Assembly: GCA_000091205.1 (NCBI GenBank)
Contig: AP006497.2
Source of the DNA: Cyanidioschyzon merolae
Taxonomy: Eukaryota
Reading direction: 5' to 3' (one strand)
Length of the DNA: 64,000 bases
Shown here: positions 10,656 through 22,059 of the stretch, in pieces
Numbering within the stretch: the first letter of the stretch is position 1
How the letters are laid out: every line of letters begins with the position of its first letter
Translations under genes and position numbers: made by a program
Notes under the pieces: model-generated
The model's input: the letters and a program-made list of their open reading frames with translations, nothing else
The model's database searches: none
Told to the model about the DNA's origin: nothing

Positions 10656-12161
10656 TTGTCTCTCTGTACTACCTTTGACCTAACACAAAGATCCTATTCC
10701 CTATGGAAGAGTCTTATGGACACACTTGCGCGGCATGCGCCACTCAGAAGCAAGTCTGCGCGACAAGCCGCGAGGCGAAAAATGCGCGGATCGATGCCGG
10801 AAGTGCAGCAACTTTTGGCGATCCGCTTGGGAGACAAAGACAGAGAGAGAGAACGAGCCGCGAAGCAGCGCAACCATCCCGAATACGATGTGATGGGTAT
10901 ATGTCGCTGCTCACCACTGCTGCATCAGCATACCAAGGAGCTTTACCCGCTCAAGCAGGGGATGCGCTTCAGCGATGCACAGTGCCTCCAACGCTGCGGA
11001 GTGCATCTTGCAATCGATGCCATACCTGTTTATCTAGCATTCTGGAATACAGCAGGCAGTATGCACCTACAGCAATCAAATATTCGTTCCAGTAGTGCGG
11101 CTCGAGTCCTATGGAAATGCTGTAAGCGCACGCACACTTTTCTTCCATGTGAATAAGCCACGCCATGAGACCAGCGCTCATTGGACGTTCCGGTTCCCGA
11201 ACAGGGGCATCTCTTGTCGAAGATCATGGAATTGCGCTCGGGCGTTTATCGCGCACACTCAAGCTTCATGGACATCGAATGTACCAATCATCCGATAACG
11301 TCGAGCCAACAACCGCAGGGGAATGGTGGAGCTGCTCTGTCTTCCTACGGCGTCTGCAAGGATCCAACAGGCGCGTTGGTTAGACAAGGTACACTGCAGT
11401 GTGTTTGAACGAACCATGATCCGCAAATGAATTGTCAAGTCTGACGTTCGCGGAATCTTCAGGTCTGAAGCAGACTCTTGTTTGTTTCCCTGCATGCCGG
11501 AACCAATCGTGAACTCGAAGGGTCCCGGTTCGATGCATCGATCCTAAGCTATCATCATTGTCATCTCGTCCGCCGTGGTGACACGCTCACGGCACGTACC
11601 TATGCTCATTTTGTTTTCAGCGACGTGCTCGCTGTATAAGCGCCGTCTAGAAACTTGCGTCTGGCGTGGAAGGCTTCCCTGACGTGAAGCGCTCCCAGAG
11701 GCACACCTATACCGTACAGATTAAGAATTCGACTCGCGCAAGCATGCAGCTCCATTGTTCATAGGAAATGCTTCGCTCGGATGCATCTTCACCTACCCGA
11801 GGTTGAAAAGCGTCGCAGCATTTTACGAGACATGCGCTTTCATGAGTAAGTTTCTTCAGCGCCAGAACGTACGAAGCCAACACTAGTTCGCCCGTGTTGC
11901 TTACCTTGATGTCCATGTTTCCGCCGCAACGTAACTGTCGCCTAAGAGGTCGTATCGCACCAATTATCAAGAATTGGAAGATGTCCAACCGAGGCTTTCG
12001 ATTTTGCACCCGCATGAAGGCTGGTTGCACAGAACACTGCTCCAAGCCGATGAAAGGTGCTGAACAGCGGGACATAATCAACAATTTCGCTCCCGAAGAG
12101 CCAACCACTTCACACAGAAGACTGCTCCATGTTCGTGACAGGTGCATACAAGCGGAAAAAA

Positions 12162-14282
12162 TCAGTGATTTCGCTCTTGTAGAGCCAACAGCATCCCGTA
12201 ACGGCTGTTCGATTCACGAAGAAGCTCCTCATGTGTGCCGTATTCGACAATCTCGCCATTCTCCATAACCGCAATGCGATCAGCATCTCGAACGCTTGAG
12301 AGACGATGAGCAATAAAAATAGTGGTTCGTGGGTACGCGCTTGATGCGAATAGCTCACGAAGACTCGAAAGAATATGAGTTTCATTTTCGGCATCGAGAG
12401 CGCTGTATGCTTCGTCGAGTATGAGAACACCCGGCTCGCGGTAAAGCGCCCTAGCGATAGCAAGGCGCTGCCGTTGCCCACCCGACAGATTTGAGCCACC
12501 TTCTCCAACCAGCGTTTCGTACCCTGCAGGCAGATCCTTCACAATGAAATCGTGTGCTTTTGCTAATTGGCAACAATATTCAACTTTCATGGGGTCCATT
12601 GGCAAGCCAAACGCAACGTTCTCCGCTACTGAGAAATTCAACATCGGTGCGTCCTGGGGCACCACGCAAACCTGTCGGCGAACATAGTCAAGCGGCATGG
12701 ATCGGATATCGACACCGTCCAGGTACACGAAACCGCGCTGTGGATCACACATGCGGCTCAATACAGCAATCAATGTTGATTTGCCGGCACCGCTTCCGCC
12801 AACGATGGCTACGCGCTCGCCTGGATGAACAGTCATCGTGACGCCACGCAGCACATATTCCGAATCTGGTGCATAGCGGAACCATACGTTCCGTACTTGG
12901 ATTTTTGATGCGGCTGGTTTGGGAATACTGGAGGTCTCTATTTGAGTACGCTTTTTGGGACGCAGGTTGATAACACGAAACACTCGTCTTGCCGACTCCT
13001 CGCCTTCTTTCACACTCCCCAGACCAGAGGCTATCCCTTGCACTGGCTCTATGAGAAATGCCACAGCGGCGATGAAGGAAACGAGCTCTTTCGGCTCGAG
13101 ATAACCCCAACTGATACAAAGTGCGCTTGCATAGAGCATTGTCAGGACTGTTATAGCGTAGCAAACAGATATAGCAGGTACAATCCCGGCTCGAATAAAA
13201 TGCATGCGGTTCTTTGCGAGAAGGAGCTCTTTCGCGAATGCTTCCAGTTTTGACGCAGCAAAATCCTGTGCTAAATACAACTGCAGGAGTTGCCGATTCC
13301 GAAAAGAGTCTGCAGTCGCTGCAGCGTACCGAGCGAACAGCTTCTGCGCCTGTCTTACATACTGGTCCAGTCTTCGTTCAAGAATCGCATAGACGACAGC
13401 CATGAGCGGTGCGGTACATAATATACACAGTGTCAAGGGCAGAGAAACATACAACATATAAGCAAGCATCACGACGAATTGGAGCACGCTGGGCGCAAGC
13501 GAGCGGAGAACGAGAAGCATGGCACTACCTACCCGCTCTATCTCCATGGTGGCTTGCATGGAAGCTTCACCAGAGTCTAGGGCGCCCTCCTCTAGACCGA
13601 AATCAAGGGCGGACGCAACATAACGCGCCCTGAGCGCGTCTTCGACAAAGTTGCATGTTCGGGATAGCCATACATCCTGACCAAACTGAGATGCTACCCG
13701 CAAAAGGAGCGCAACGCTGCAGCCGACCGCTAGTTGGCCCACGTTTGCCAACGAGCCGGCAGCCACGGCCGAGCTTAGACGCCCGAAGAGGCGAATAAGC
13801 CACAAAAGGGACGAACTCGACATAAGGGTGCATAGTCCCGAGAAAACAACCTCCTTTGTGTGTGTCCTGATCAAGCTAGCGAAAACCTGAGCCAATTGCC
13901 ACCGACCAAGGCTTTGAATACCTGCCCCAATAGCCGAGTCGCGGGAGATGCTTTGAAGTTGTGTCACACTGAGCTTTCGCAAGCGCTTTCTAGGAACGGC
14001 TACCACTTTCGGAGCCCTCCGTCCCAGAAAGCAAACGACAGGAGACACCAGATATCGCGACTGCTGACAGAGCTGATCGTTGCCACCATAGAACGCAACA
14101 CTACTCCATAAACTTGGAACGATGAAAGCTAGCGAGCGGCATTCTTGGACAAGGTGCCTTCCCCTTGCCATAGCTTTTGGACTACACCGTTGCTGCTGGC
14201 GTCTTCGACAGGGCGCACTGCGGGGCCACTGACCCGCACGGGCTCGACCGTCGAGATGGACGTGCTGCCGGGGTCGTCCCAA
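12162..14282 (-). CDS. ABC transporter, B-family half-transporter (TMD-NBD; ATM1/ABCB-like); long N-terminal extension, true start may be internal
   Basis: 706-aa ORF with Walker A GGSGAGKST, ABC signature LSGGQRQRLAIARAL, Walker B ILILDEAYSALD, H-loop IAHRL, and an N-terminal six-helix TMD region. Confidence 0.9.
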   Translation of the reverse strand: MGRPRQHVHLDGRARAGQWPRSAPCRRRQQQRCSPKAMARGRHLVQECRSLAFIVPSLWSSVAFYGGNDQLCQQSRYLVSPVVCFLGRRAPKVVAVPRKRLRKLSVTQLQSISRDSAIGAGIQSLGRWQLAQVFASLIRTHTKEVVFSGLCTLMSSSSLLWLIRLFGRLSSAVAAGSLANVGQLAVGCSVALLLRVASQFGQDVWLSRTCNFVEDALRARYVASALDFGLEEGALDSGEASMQATMEIERVGSAMLLVLRSLAPSVLQFVVMLAYMLYVSLPLTLCILCTAPLMAVVYAILERRLDQYVRQAQKLFARYAAATADSFRNRQLLQLYLAQDFAASKLEAFAKELLLAKNRMHFIRAGIVPAISVCYAITVLTMLYASALCISWGYLEPKELVSFIAAVAFLIEPVQGIASGLGSVKEGEESARRVFRVINLRPKKRTQIETSSIPKPAASKIQVRNVWFRYAPDSEYVLRGVTMTVHPGERVAIVGGSGAGKSTLIAVLSRMCDPQRGFVYLDGVDIRSMPLDYVRRQVCVVPQDAPMLNFSVAENVAFGLPMDPMKVEYCCQLAKAHDFIVKDLPAGYETLVGEGGSNLSGGQRQRLAIARALYREPGVLILDEAYSALDAENETHILSSLRELFASSAYPRTTIFIAHRLSSVRDADRIAVMENGEIVEYGTHEELLRESNSRYGMLLALQERNH

Positions 14283-14302
14283 CCTGCGCTAAACGCTCAC
14301 TC

Positions 14303-14835
14303 GTGTCATATTAACATGGAATACCGGACTGGTAGCTCCGTGCCTGCCTTTCTGTCTCTTTCCGGACCTTTTTTGGATGTACATCCTAGACATTCAAGGT
14401 GCAGCGACGGGGGATTACGGATTCATGCACAGTATCAGAGTTCGTGGTCGTCGTTTCAGAGCGGCTTTTTCGAGCTTTTGCCGCTGGAATCCGTTCCGCT
14501 ACGGGGTAGAAGATGACCCGCTGCGCCCTTGAGTAACGGTTCGTAAAACAAGCCGTGTCATTATCCACTGCATACGTAGAATCCTCCACTGTTCTCATTT
14601 CCGTACCTGCAGCATGCTAAAATCATACATGCTTAAAGTATTCGATCCGTTCGATTCATGGTGGTCCATGGGCGCAGCAATTCGCGCCTTTAGATAAACA
14701 ATGAAAAATGCGACTTCATTGCCGGACGACTTGTTAACAAGCCCATGCCAGAAGCTCATTGAAAATATCAAATGAAATAATTGATTCATTTGAAAATATA
14801 GATCGTTGTCTCTTTGTCATCATCGACGAAACGCA
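14303..14835 (+). repeat. Repeat family B, left arm of an inverted pair (mate at 15233-15765; symmetry centre ~15034; spacer ~400 bp)
   Basis: Identical ORF pairs in inverted orientation in the ORF track (14386..14598- = 15470..15682+; 14595..14789- = 15279..15473+; tail of 14145..14516+ = 15552..15851-), all obeying x <-> 30068-x. Reverse complements at the arm ends match by eye. Confidence 0.8.
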
Positions 14836-15232
14836 ATTCGACACTAGCATAACGTTTGTTACGGGTTTTTCTTCCAGGATATCTCGCTCAACTGTTTGCG
14901 CGGAAAAGATTCTTGGACTTTGGGCATCGGAGCAATGGCTTCTAACTGAGCATGCGTTATCAACTTGCATAAAGGGAGCGAAGACGGATCGAATTTTTTC
15001 GACGTGATCATCATCCTGAATACTCCTTCTGGAACATGTTTCATCATAAACAATACAGTATGACGCAAATTCTCTACTTAATGGCGATACTTGCGCTCGC
15101 GCCCGCGAGGGATGGATTACTCGCCTTGGATTTCTCTTAGAACTAGCCCATGATCGTAGGATTCGGCTACGAGCACGGAAACGGCGGAGGACATGAAGCG
15201 AAGCCTTCTGGACCCGTCAGGAGCATCTACCA

Positions 15233-15765
15233 AGCCTTTCGTCGATAATTACAAAGAGACAACGATCTATATTTTCAAATGAATCAATTATTTCATTTGA
15301 TATTTTCAATGAGCTTCTGGCATGGGCTTGTTAACAAGTCGTCCGGCAATGAAGTCGCATTTTTCATTGTTTATCTAAAGGCGCGAATTGCTGCGCCCAT
15401 GGACCACCATGAATCGAACGGATCGAATACTTTAAGCATGTATGATTTTAGCATGCTGCAGGTACGGAAATGAGAACAGTGGAGGATTCTACGTATGCAG
15501 TGGATAATGACACGGCTTGTTTTACGAACCGTTACTCAAGGGCGCAGCGGGTCATCTTCTACCCCGTAGCGGAACGGATTCCAGCGGCAAAAGCTCGAAA
15601 AAGCCGCTCTGAAACGACGACCACGAACTCTGATACTGTGCATGAATCCGTAATCCCCCGTCGCTGCACCTTGAATGTCTAGGATGTACATCCAAAAAAG
15701 GTCCGGAAAGAGACAGAAAGGCAGGCACGGAGCTACCAGTCCGGTATTCCATGTTAATATGACAC
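15233..15765 (-). repeat. Repeat family B, right arm of the inverted pair
   Basis: See left arm; reverse-complement identity to 14303-14835. Confidence 0.8.
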
Positions 15766-16453
15766 GGGAGTACCAGCAGGCTATGGAAAGAACAAAGCGG
15801 CCCTAGTGCTTGGGCCCAGCATAGTCTGCCTTCGCGACAACAGCAAACCATCTCGCACGAACACGTATCGAGCCGTCACCTTCATGCTTAGCGCACTGAG
15901 TGATTTCCAGGCAATCTACTGACAGAATCGATGCAAGTCGGCTAGAACGGCGAATGGGTGAAATTACCATCAATGGATGCGCGTGACGCATGCCACTTAT
16001 CCAACAGGTATCTTTTTGAAACTTCCATAATCTATAGCAGACTTGCACCAGCGCAGGGAACGACGAAGGCTCTCCGACGGCTTTCGAGGTGCTGTTGCCT
16101 GGACGCGGTAGGTGCATGCCGGTTCGCATCCTGCTAACCAAACTTCCGGATCAGAAGCGATCCAGCATTAGAGACACGACACAGCTCCGAACACATCTGT
16201 GATGCATCACAGCGTCTGCACCTGTTCACAGCCCATGATCAGCTTCCGCTGAGAGACTCACCACTCGGTGACAGGTAGCTAATGCATTCGTCCGATGCAT
16301 CTTGCGATCACGTGTACGACGCGGTTTTGGAATCTCTCTAGAGGTCCGCAGCACTGCAAAACACGCTCCGTGCAGGTTCAACACGGCACTGCTGACCATT
16401 TTTCTTGTGGAATTTCGTGAACGCAAGCTTGTAGGCGCAGCCCGGCCGCTCTA

Positions 16454-17119
16454 TCATTCCCTCAGCATCTCAACCGTGAAGCATACTGCAGCTGAGACGG
16501 TGCCCACAACAGCACTTGCTGCGAGAAAATAGCCAGCACTCCCGGGGCGCAGTTGAGCTCCATTCGAAGACGAGTGCAGCGCAAGCCGATTCCTCAAAGC
16601 GATGAATAGCCACTTCATCCAGAGCGTCGAGATCCCGCTGGCTGTTCCAGCTGCGGCTGCTATCAGGCGCGGATTCCGTAGCTGTTCAACCGTAGAGAGT
16701 TTCTCTAAAACATGCCCAGAGGAGTGATCGAGGATCTTATCCGTCCAGATCGCGCTCTGGCGGTCCAGGAAACAGTATATTCCATAATACTGGGCAGTGA
16801 AGACGCCAAATTCCGCTGCACGTCCGATCGCACTGACAAAAATCATACTCATATACAAGTGTGACGGGTACGCAAAAGGTCTCGGTACTCGAAACTGCCA
16901 TAGGTGTCTCCAGTCGAGAGCCTTTCCCCACGCCGTGTTCGTGCAGTCCCGCACGCTGTTGTCCACGTGGGCAGTATCAGAGCGGTGGGAGCCCCAGACT
17001 CGGTGTACCCCAACAATGGCGCCCCAAGCGAGGCCCAGAGGAACGCCTTTCAGCGCTCCGTCGAGTACCTGAGAGGTACAAGACCAGTCTGGTTTGCGAG
17101 TCCTTACTGGCTCCGCCAT
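16454..17119 (-). CDS. Hypothetical four-helix membrane protein (Tim17/Tim22/PXMP4-like size and topology, family not confirmed)
   Basis: 221-aa ORF with four hydrophobic segments (GLAWGAIVGV..., MSMIFVSAIGRAAEFGVF..., LIAAAAGTASGISTLWMKWLFIAL, YFLAASAVVGTVSAAVCF). No motif match I can assert. The region is GC-rich with overlapping ORFs on both strands. Confidence 0.35.
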   Translation of the reverse strand: MAEPVRTRKPDWSCTSQVLDGALKGVPLGLAWGAIVGVHRVWGSHRSDTAHVDNSVRDCTNTAWGKALDWRHLWQFRVPRPFAYPSHLYMSMIFVSAIGRAAEFGVFTAQYYGIYCFLDRQSAIWTDKILDHSSGHVLEKLSTVEQLRNPRLIAAAAGTASGISTLWMKWLFIALRNRLALHSSSNGAQLRPGSAGYFLAASAVVGTVSAAVCFTVEMLRE

Positions 17120-17435
17120 GGGACCCGATCAGAGACCAACACCCGCAGCAAAACTGCCATTGCAGTCTCGGCCTGTGAGCCACAAAAAGCAAACGGTGCT
17201 GAGCGTTTCGCTGCCCTTATGCAACAGAGACGTCACCGCTACCCCTTTAGCCTCGCAGGTTGCTCTCTGGTAGATACCCACTCAAACGTACTAGGCCGCA
17301 GCTTGCTCACGAAACCAGTGAAGCGTCCTGCATCGCGCAGGTACCTGCTTCTGACAAGCGCTCGACGCGAAAAATTTTCATGCGTTGCTTGATGGACGAG
17401 GACGTTGCTGAGACAGTCTCTGCCAGTGGAGCCGG

Positions 17436-20054
17436 GTGCGTTCTCGGGGATTTCGGGGCGTTTGGGGAAGATCGTACCAAGTTTTGGGAATGCCACAGCC
17501 ATCCGAGTTAAGTAAACTTGGAAAGGGCAGCTGCCAGCCAAAGCCCCCCGCGGGACTTGCGTTTGTGGCCTTGGGACTGGACGCTAGACGCATAGTAAGA
17601 GCGCTGGTACACTGCGGCTACCGCGAACCCACTCCAATCCAGCGCAAAGTGATACCTCTGATTTTGTCTGGAAGGGATGTGGTTGCCATGGCCCGCACCG
17701 GTTCTGGAAAGACAGCTGCCTTCTTAGTGCCGCTGATCCAGCGCATAGCGCTCCATCCGACGCAGTGCGTCGGTGTCCGCGGGCTCGTGCTATCACCCAC
17801 GAGAGAGCTGGCTCTACAGACCTTCAAGTTTTTATGCGAATATGCAAAATATGCAAGGTTGCGGGCAGCGCTTCTCATCGGCGGAGAGTCACTGGAAGCA
17901 CAGTTCGCCGCACTTGCGCAAAATCCCGAGGTTTTGGTCGCGACTCCTGGTCGCCTGCTGCAGGTGCTTGACCAAGTTCCTCACTTTTCTTTGAAGCTAT
18001 TGGAAATAATCGTTCTCGACGAGGCCGATCGCTTGTGGGAAGGCAATTTGGCCAGTGAATCGAGGCGAATACTCGACATGCTGCGGGGTACACCGCAGGT
18101 TGAGAACGTGTCGGGCCTGAACGTTGCTGCTCAGACACAGAAAGTGCTGGTATCGGCGACATTACCAAAAGATCTCGCAAACTTTTCGCAGATGGTCCTC
18201 TCATCGCCTGCATTTGTGCGGCTTGATGAGGAAAAATTGCTCTCCGAAGCTGTGGAGACCGGCTATATTTTCTGCAGGCAGGAAGAAAAGATCGCTGCTC
18301 TGATCCATGTACTGCGCACGCTCTTAGCGTCCAGCAAACGGATTTTAGTATTTTTTGCCACGAAACATCATGCGGCATATGCACATAGGCTCTTATCTAG
18401 GTATGAAAATTGGCCAGTCGCTTGTATTCACGGTGGGATGGACCAAATATGCAGAAAGAGGACCCTAGAGGAGTTCAGAAAGAAGGAACAAGTCTCACTT
18501 TTCGTGACAGATGTGGCAGCGCGCGGGCTCGATTTACCACAGCTGGACGTGGTGATCAATTTCCATTTCCCACCAAGCCCGAAACTATTTGTGCACCGCT
18601 GTGGACGAGTCGGTAGACGCGGACGCAAAGGGTGGTGCTGGTCTCTCGTGTCGACAGATGAAGTACCATATATGCTCGACGTGTGGTTGTTCGCCAACGA
18701 CGGGAAATCTTTTGCCTTCCGAGAATCCAGTGAAGAGTGCCCCGTGGATGTCGGTAACCGCGGGTACGTGCGGGACCTTAGATCCCAGAACGTCGGTCGC
18801 GTGTCCTCTGCCATTTGCCAAAGTATTGCAGAGCGTATACAGAGGGCCGAAATGGAAGATGCAGAGCTGCAATCGCTCCATCAGAGTTGCGTCCGTGCCT
18901 ATGATCTGTACCGAAGAACGAGGATCAAAGCATCCGGAAGCTCTGTTGTGCGTGCACGACATCTTCGTAATGAGTACTGGAGCCACGTGTCGATTCACCC
19001 GATTTTTTCCTCTGCGACTGCTCAAGAGGAAACGCCTGCACAGGAGCAGGCTGGGAGAGTGGTCCAAGTTCCAAACAGTGACGGCCCGGAGACAAAACGA
19101 AGCGAAGTGCTCCGGGATATTCACTGCTGGCGACCACGTGCGCCCGTTTGTAACGTGCAGCAGACAATATCCGGCCATCACGCATTGCTTCGCACTGCCT
19201 CAGGTCCGGGACCTCGTCTTAATGAAACTATCTGCCGGGAGACTGAGGCCAATGATACAACCACGGCGCCTAGCAGTACCGCTGCTTTGGACGAAGCAGC
19301 CGCGATTTCTGTGGACTGTGGACAGAGCGATGCCTCGTCCGCTGATCGAATAGAATCGAACACAAGAGAGAAGCCTCGCCAGCGGAAGCGTGCTCGTGAG
19401 GCGCTGCTGCAGCGGGAGCACACGTTCGCCGTTCCAGCAGAACCTCCTGCCTCGACAGTTACGGATCGGATCCGGGCGGCCTTTCTGCAGCTGGATCAGA
19501 GTACGGACGTCGATCCGAAGAAAAATGACAACAGTGCTAGTGGCGTTGGAGGATTGGGAGCATCTGTTTCTCGCCGATCATCCAGCCTACAATGGGACTT
19601 CCGTCGTAAGAAATTCATTCGAACAACGTCACAGAATGGAAATATCAACGATATTCGGGTTCGGCGAAGACTGCGTCGAAAGTTTTCAGAGGAGAAGAAA
19701 CAAAAGAATGCCACCCGAGATACCGTTACAGCCTATGAAAGATGGACACAGAAAACACAAGCCTACATTCAGCAAACAGGAGCTTTGCCTAGATCATCCA
19801 TATCAACGCTAGCGCTCCAGACTGTGCGCAAACCTGATTATCGCAGCAAGCAGAAAAAGAGCTCGCGGTGGCGTTCGCGACATGCTCCACTTGGGCTTCA
19901 TATCGACACAGAAGTGATGCCGAGCTCCGCGCAGATGATCTCAAACCGAGCTGTAACGCGCTCTCTTCCTGAAATTCGGAAGCATAGGAAACGCAAGGCC
20001 GTGATTCAACATATTCAGCGAAAGATCGGGAAACCAAGCCGTTCGAGAAAGTAG
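17436..20054 (+). CDS. DEAD-box ATP-dependent RNA helicase, DDX54/Dbp10-like (ribosome biogenesis)
   Basis: 872 aa. Q-motif/motif I region TPIQRKVIPLILSGRDVVAMARTGSGKTAAFLVPL (nearly identical to DDX54/Dbp10), PTRELALQ, TPGRLL, VLDEADRLW (DEAD box), SAT, HRCGRVGRRGRKG (motif VI), and a basic low-complexity C-terminal tail. Confidence 0.9.
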   Translation: MRSRGFRGVWGRSYQVLGMPQPSELSKLGKGSCQPKPPAGLAFVALGLDARRIVRALVHCGYREPTPIQRKVIPLILSGRDVVAMARTGSGKTAAFLVPLIQRIALHPTQCVGVRGLVLSPTRELALQTFKFLCEYAKYARLRAALLIGGESLEAQFAALAQNPEVLVATPGRLLQVLDQVPHFSLKLLEIIVLDEADRLWEGNLASESRRILDMLRGTPQVENVSGLNVAAQTQKVLVSATLPKDLANFSQMVLSSPAFVRLDEEKLLSEAVETGYIFCRQEEKIAALIHVLRTLLASSKRILVFFATKHHAAYAHRLLSRYENWPVACIHGGMDQICRKRTLEEFRKKEQVSLFVTDVAARGLDLPQLDVVINFHFPPSPKLFVHRCGRVGRRGRKGWCWSLVSTDEVPYMLDVWLFANDGKSFAFRESSEECPVDVGNRGYVRDLRSQNVGRVSSAICQSIAERIQRAEMEDAELQSLHQSCVRAYDLYRRTRIKASGSSVVRARHLRNEYWSHVSIHPIFSSATAQEETPAQEQAGRVVQVPNSDGPETKRSEVLRDIHCWRPRAPVCNVQQTISGHHALLRTASGPGPRLNETICRETEANDTTTAPSSTAALDEAAAISVDCGQSDASSADRIESNTREKPRQRKRAREALLQREHTFAVPAEPPASTVTDRIRAAFLQLDQSTDVDPKKNDNSASGVGGLGASVSRRSSSLQWDFRRKKFIRTTSQNGNINDIRVRRRLRRKFSEEKKQKNATRDTVTAYERWTQKTQAYIQQTGALPRSSISTLALQTVRKPDYRSKQKKSSRWRSRHAPLGLHIDTEVMPSSAQMISNRAVTRSLPEIRKHRKRKAVIQHIQRKIGKPSRSRK

Positions 20055-20515
20055 GGAGCGCATCCTGCGACAGCATGGACGAAACTGCAGATCAGAACAT
20101 GCCGGGAACGTCTTTCCCAGCAATGAAACTTTAGAGCATAGATGCCATACATGCACCACTTAGATAGCCTGCGGCAAATCCGATGTGGCAGTCTGCCCCT
20201 GAAAGCACATGAATGGAGCCAACCTGTTTGCGGGCGGACTGGGATATTCCGCAGACGAATCCCCGGAATTTTTCCACGTTGCCTAGTGCCGCAATGCCAC
20301 AAGGCGGGTGTGTCTGAGCGGAGCTCGATGCATGAATTGTGACGCTGCAGCTAGTGACTTGGATGGAATACGTTAATCTGCCCGGATAATGCCATCTACC
20401 GTTCATGTTTGCATCGATTCGATCCTTGGATATCCTTGCAGACCGCAAACCTGTATCCGCCATAAAGCTCATGTTTTGGTCATCCTGAGACCTCTCCGCG
20501 ACTGCCGTCAGCGCA

Positions 20516-22051
20516 CTAGAACGATCCTCTCCCCAGCGACTGCAGTAAGCTCATGGCTCCGTCCTTGTTTTCCCCAATGATCAGTATCGTCACGAAGATA
20601 ACGGCAAGCAGCACGCCTACGAGTAACTCTCTTTCAGAACCCGATTCCCTGGATTGCCCGGCTTGGTTTAAATTACGCAACTTTCGAATGATACACATGA
20701 CTTCATCATCGCCTGGTTGTCTGTTTTCGTACTGCGTTTGATCAAGGGTCCCAACTTTGGTGTACACAATTTTGGACCTTTCTTGCATGGCTCGTTGCCA
20801 GCTGGCTGGGTGCAGCCTGGTCGGCGAGCATGCGAAAACATTCCAGTTTTCACCAAATGAACGTATGAGCACACCGTGCTCTACAGCGATGAGATCCGGC
20901 CGCAAAATCTCCACAATTGGCTCCATGAAGAAGCCGATCTGGAAACTATACAGAAACTGCCGTCTCCTGTCAATTTCGCGGATCGACAACGTGACATTAT
21001 CAGCCTGATCCTCGAGGTATGGATTCAAGAGAATCCAGATAACTTGAAAGTCGCGTCCTGGTCCATGTGATGAGACAACATCCAGCGCCTGCATCTGTTG
21101 CTGGATCAGGTTTTCAAGCCGCGGGATCGCCGAGTCACCGCGAAGATTTCTTGGTTCAACGATGATGATGAAACCTCTCCACGTCGCTGATTTCTTGGAC
21201 AGAAGCTCACTAGCGTCCCATGTAGCATTTGCAGACTCCTCTCCAAAACAAGAAAACTTTGCCGATGCCTCTCCGCAAGGCGTGACGTCGCCCAGTTCAT
21301 CGAAAAGACTTTTGGCCGCGTTCGCCTTACCTGCTGAAGAAAACACCAGTCTTACTTCGTTCAACTCATCACCTATTGAATAAAAATTCGTGGCGGTCAA
21401 TTTTTGGGCAAATGCGTAGGTCAAAGCGAAAAGAAGCGTTTCCGAGTACGGCACCGTTGTTTCAAGTTTCTCGTTAATGCCAGGCAGAGCAACGACACAC
21501 CTCAGACGTGTGCAACCGGCATTAACAGCCTTGAGGATCGAGTCACTGAGTGTTTCAACTGTGTTCTCCAGGTCCAACGGAGGCTGCGCATCCGTAGAGA
21601 GTACAGAGGAACCCAGCAGCCCACGAGCACCCGAAGCGCCTTGCGACCCGTCCAGCCCCTGAAACGCAGTAGTCTTGTGGGCCAAGCCTGGTGCCCCGCG
21701 ACGCTGTTTGTCTGCGAACGGCGCTCTTCGTGGGAACACAACCCGGTGCTCTGGTCTGTGTCCACGAGCTCCAGCGAGTCTTCGCCTGAGCCTCCTGAAC
21801 GAGACAAAGGTTGGGTTGAAACTGGTACAGTCTACACTGAGGCTAGAAAGGAAGCATGATGCACCAGCTTGCACGTGACTGTACCCGTTTACGAGCATAG
21901 ACACAGCCGGTTCGGATTCTGAACCCTTGGAGATTCTTGTGTACTTGCGGCATCTCGGGGAAACGGGATCGATGAGCTTGCGGCAGAGGCAGTTTTGCAC
22001 AGATGGAAATAATTGTATCAATAGGCACATGAACCAAAAGAATTCGCACAC
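20516..22051 (-). CDS. Hypothetical protein with C-terminal TM anchor (true start probably internal; N-terminus Arg/Ser-rich, transit-peptide-like)
   Basis: 511-aa uninterrupted ORF in GC-rich DNA. Hydrophobic C-terminal segment LLVGVLLAVIFVTILIIG. No family recognised with confidence. Confidence 0.5.
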   Translation of the reverse strand: MCEFFWFMCLLIQLFPSVQNCLCRKLIDPVSPRCRKYTRISKGSESEPAVSMLVNGYSHVQAGASCFLSSLSVDCTSFNPTFVSFRRLRRRLAGARGHRPEHRVVFPRRAPFADKQRRGAPGLAHKTTAFQGLDGSQGASGARGLLGSSVLSTDAQPPLDLENTVETLSDSILKAVNAGCTRLRCVVALPGINEKLETTVPYSETLLFALTYAFAQKLTATNFYSIGDELNEVRLVFSSAGKANAAKSLFDELGDVTPCGEASAKFSCFGEESANATWDASELLSKKSATWRGFIIIVEPRNLRGDSAIPRLENLIQQQMQALDVVSSHGPGRDFQVIWILLNPYLEDQADNVTLSIREIDRRRQFLYSFQIGFFMEPIVEILRPDLIAVEHGVLIRSFGENWNVFACSPTRLHPASWQRAMQERSKIVYTKVGTLDQTQYENRQPGDDEVMCIIRKLRNLNQAGQSRESGSERELLVGVLLAVIFVTILIIGENKDGAMSLLQSLGRGSF

Positions 22052-22059
22052 GCGTCCGC

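Noticed and set aside
10656-11156. 166-aa ORF starting one base after the LSD1-like start codon on the opposite strand
   Set aside because: Position and composition suggest a chance open frame in the promoter/5' region; no recognisable similarity.
20131-20500. Cluster of 60-115-aa ORFs on both strands downstream of the DDX54-like gene
   Set aside because: They are short and mutually overlapping with no motifs; treated as 3' UTR/intergenic noise.
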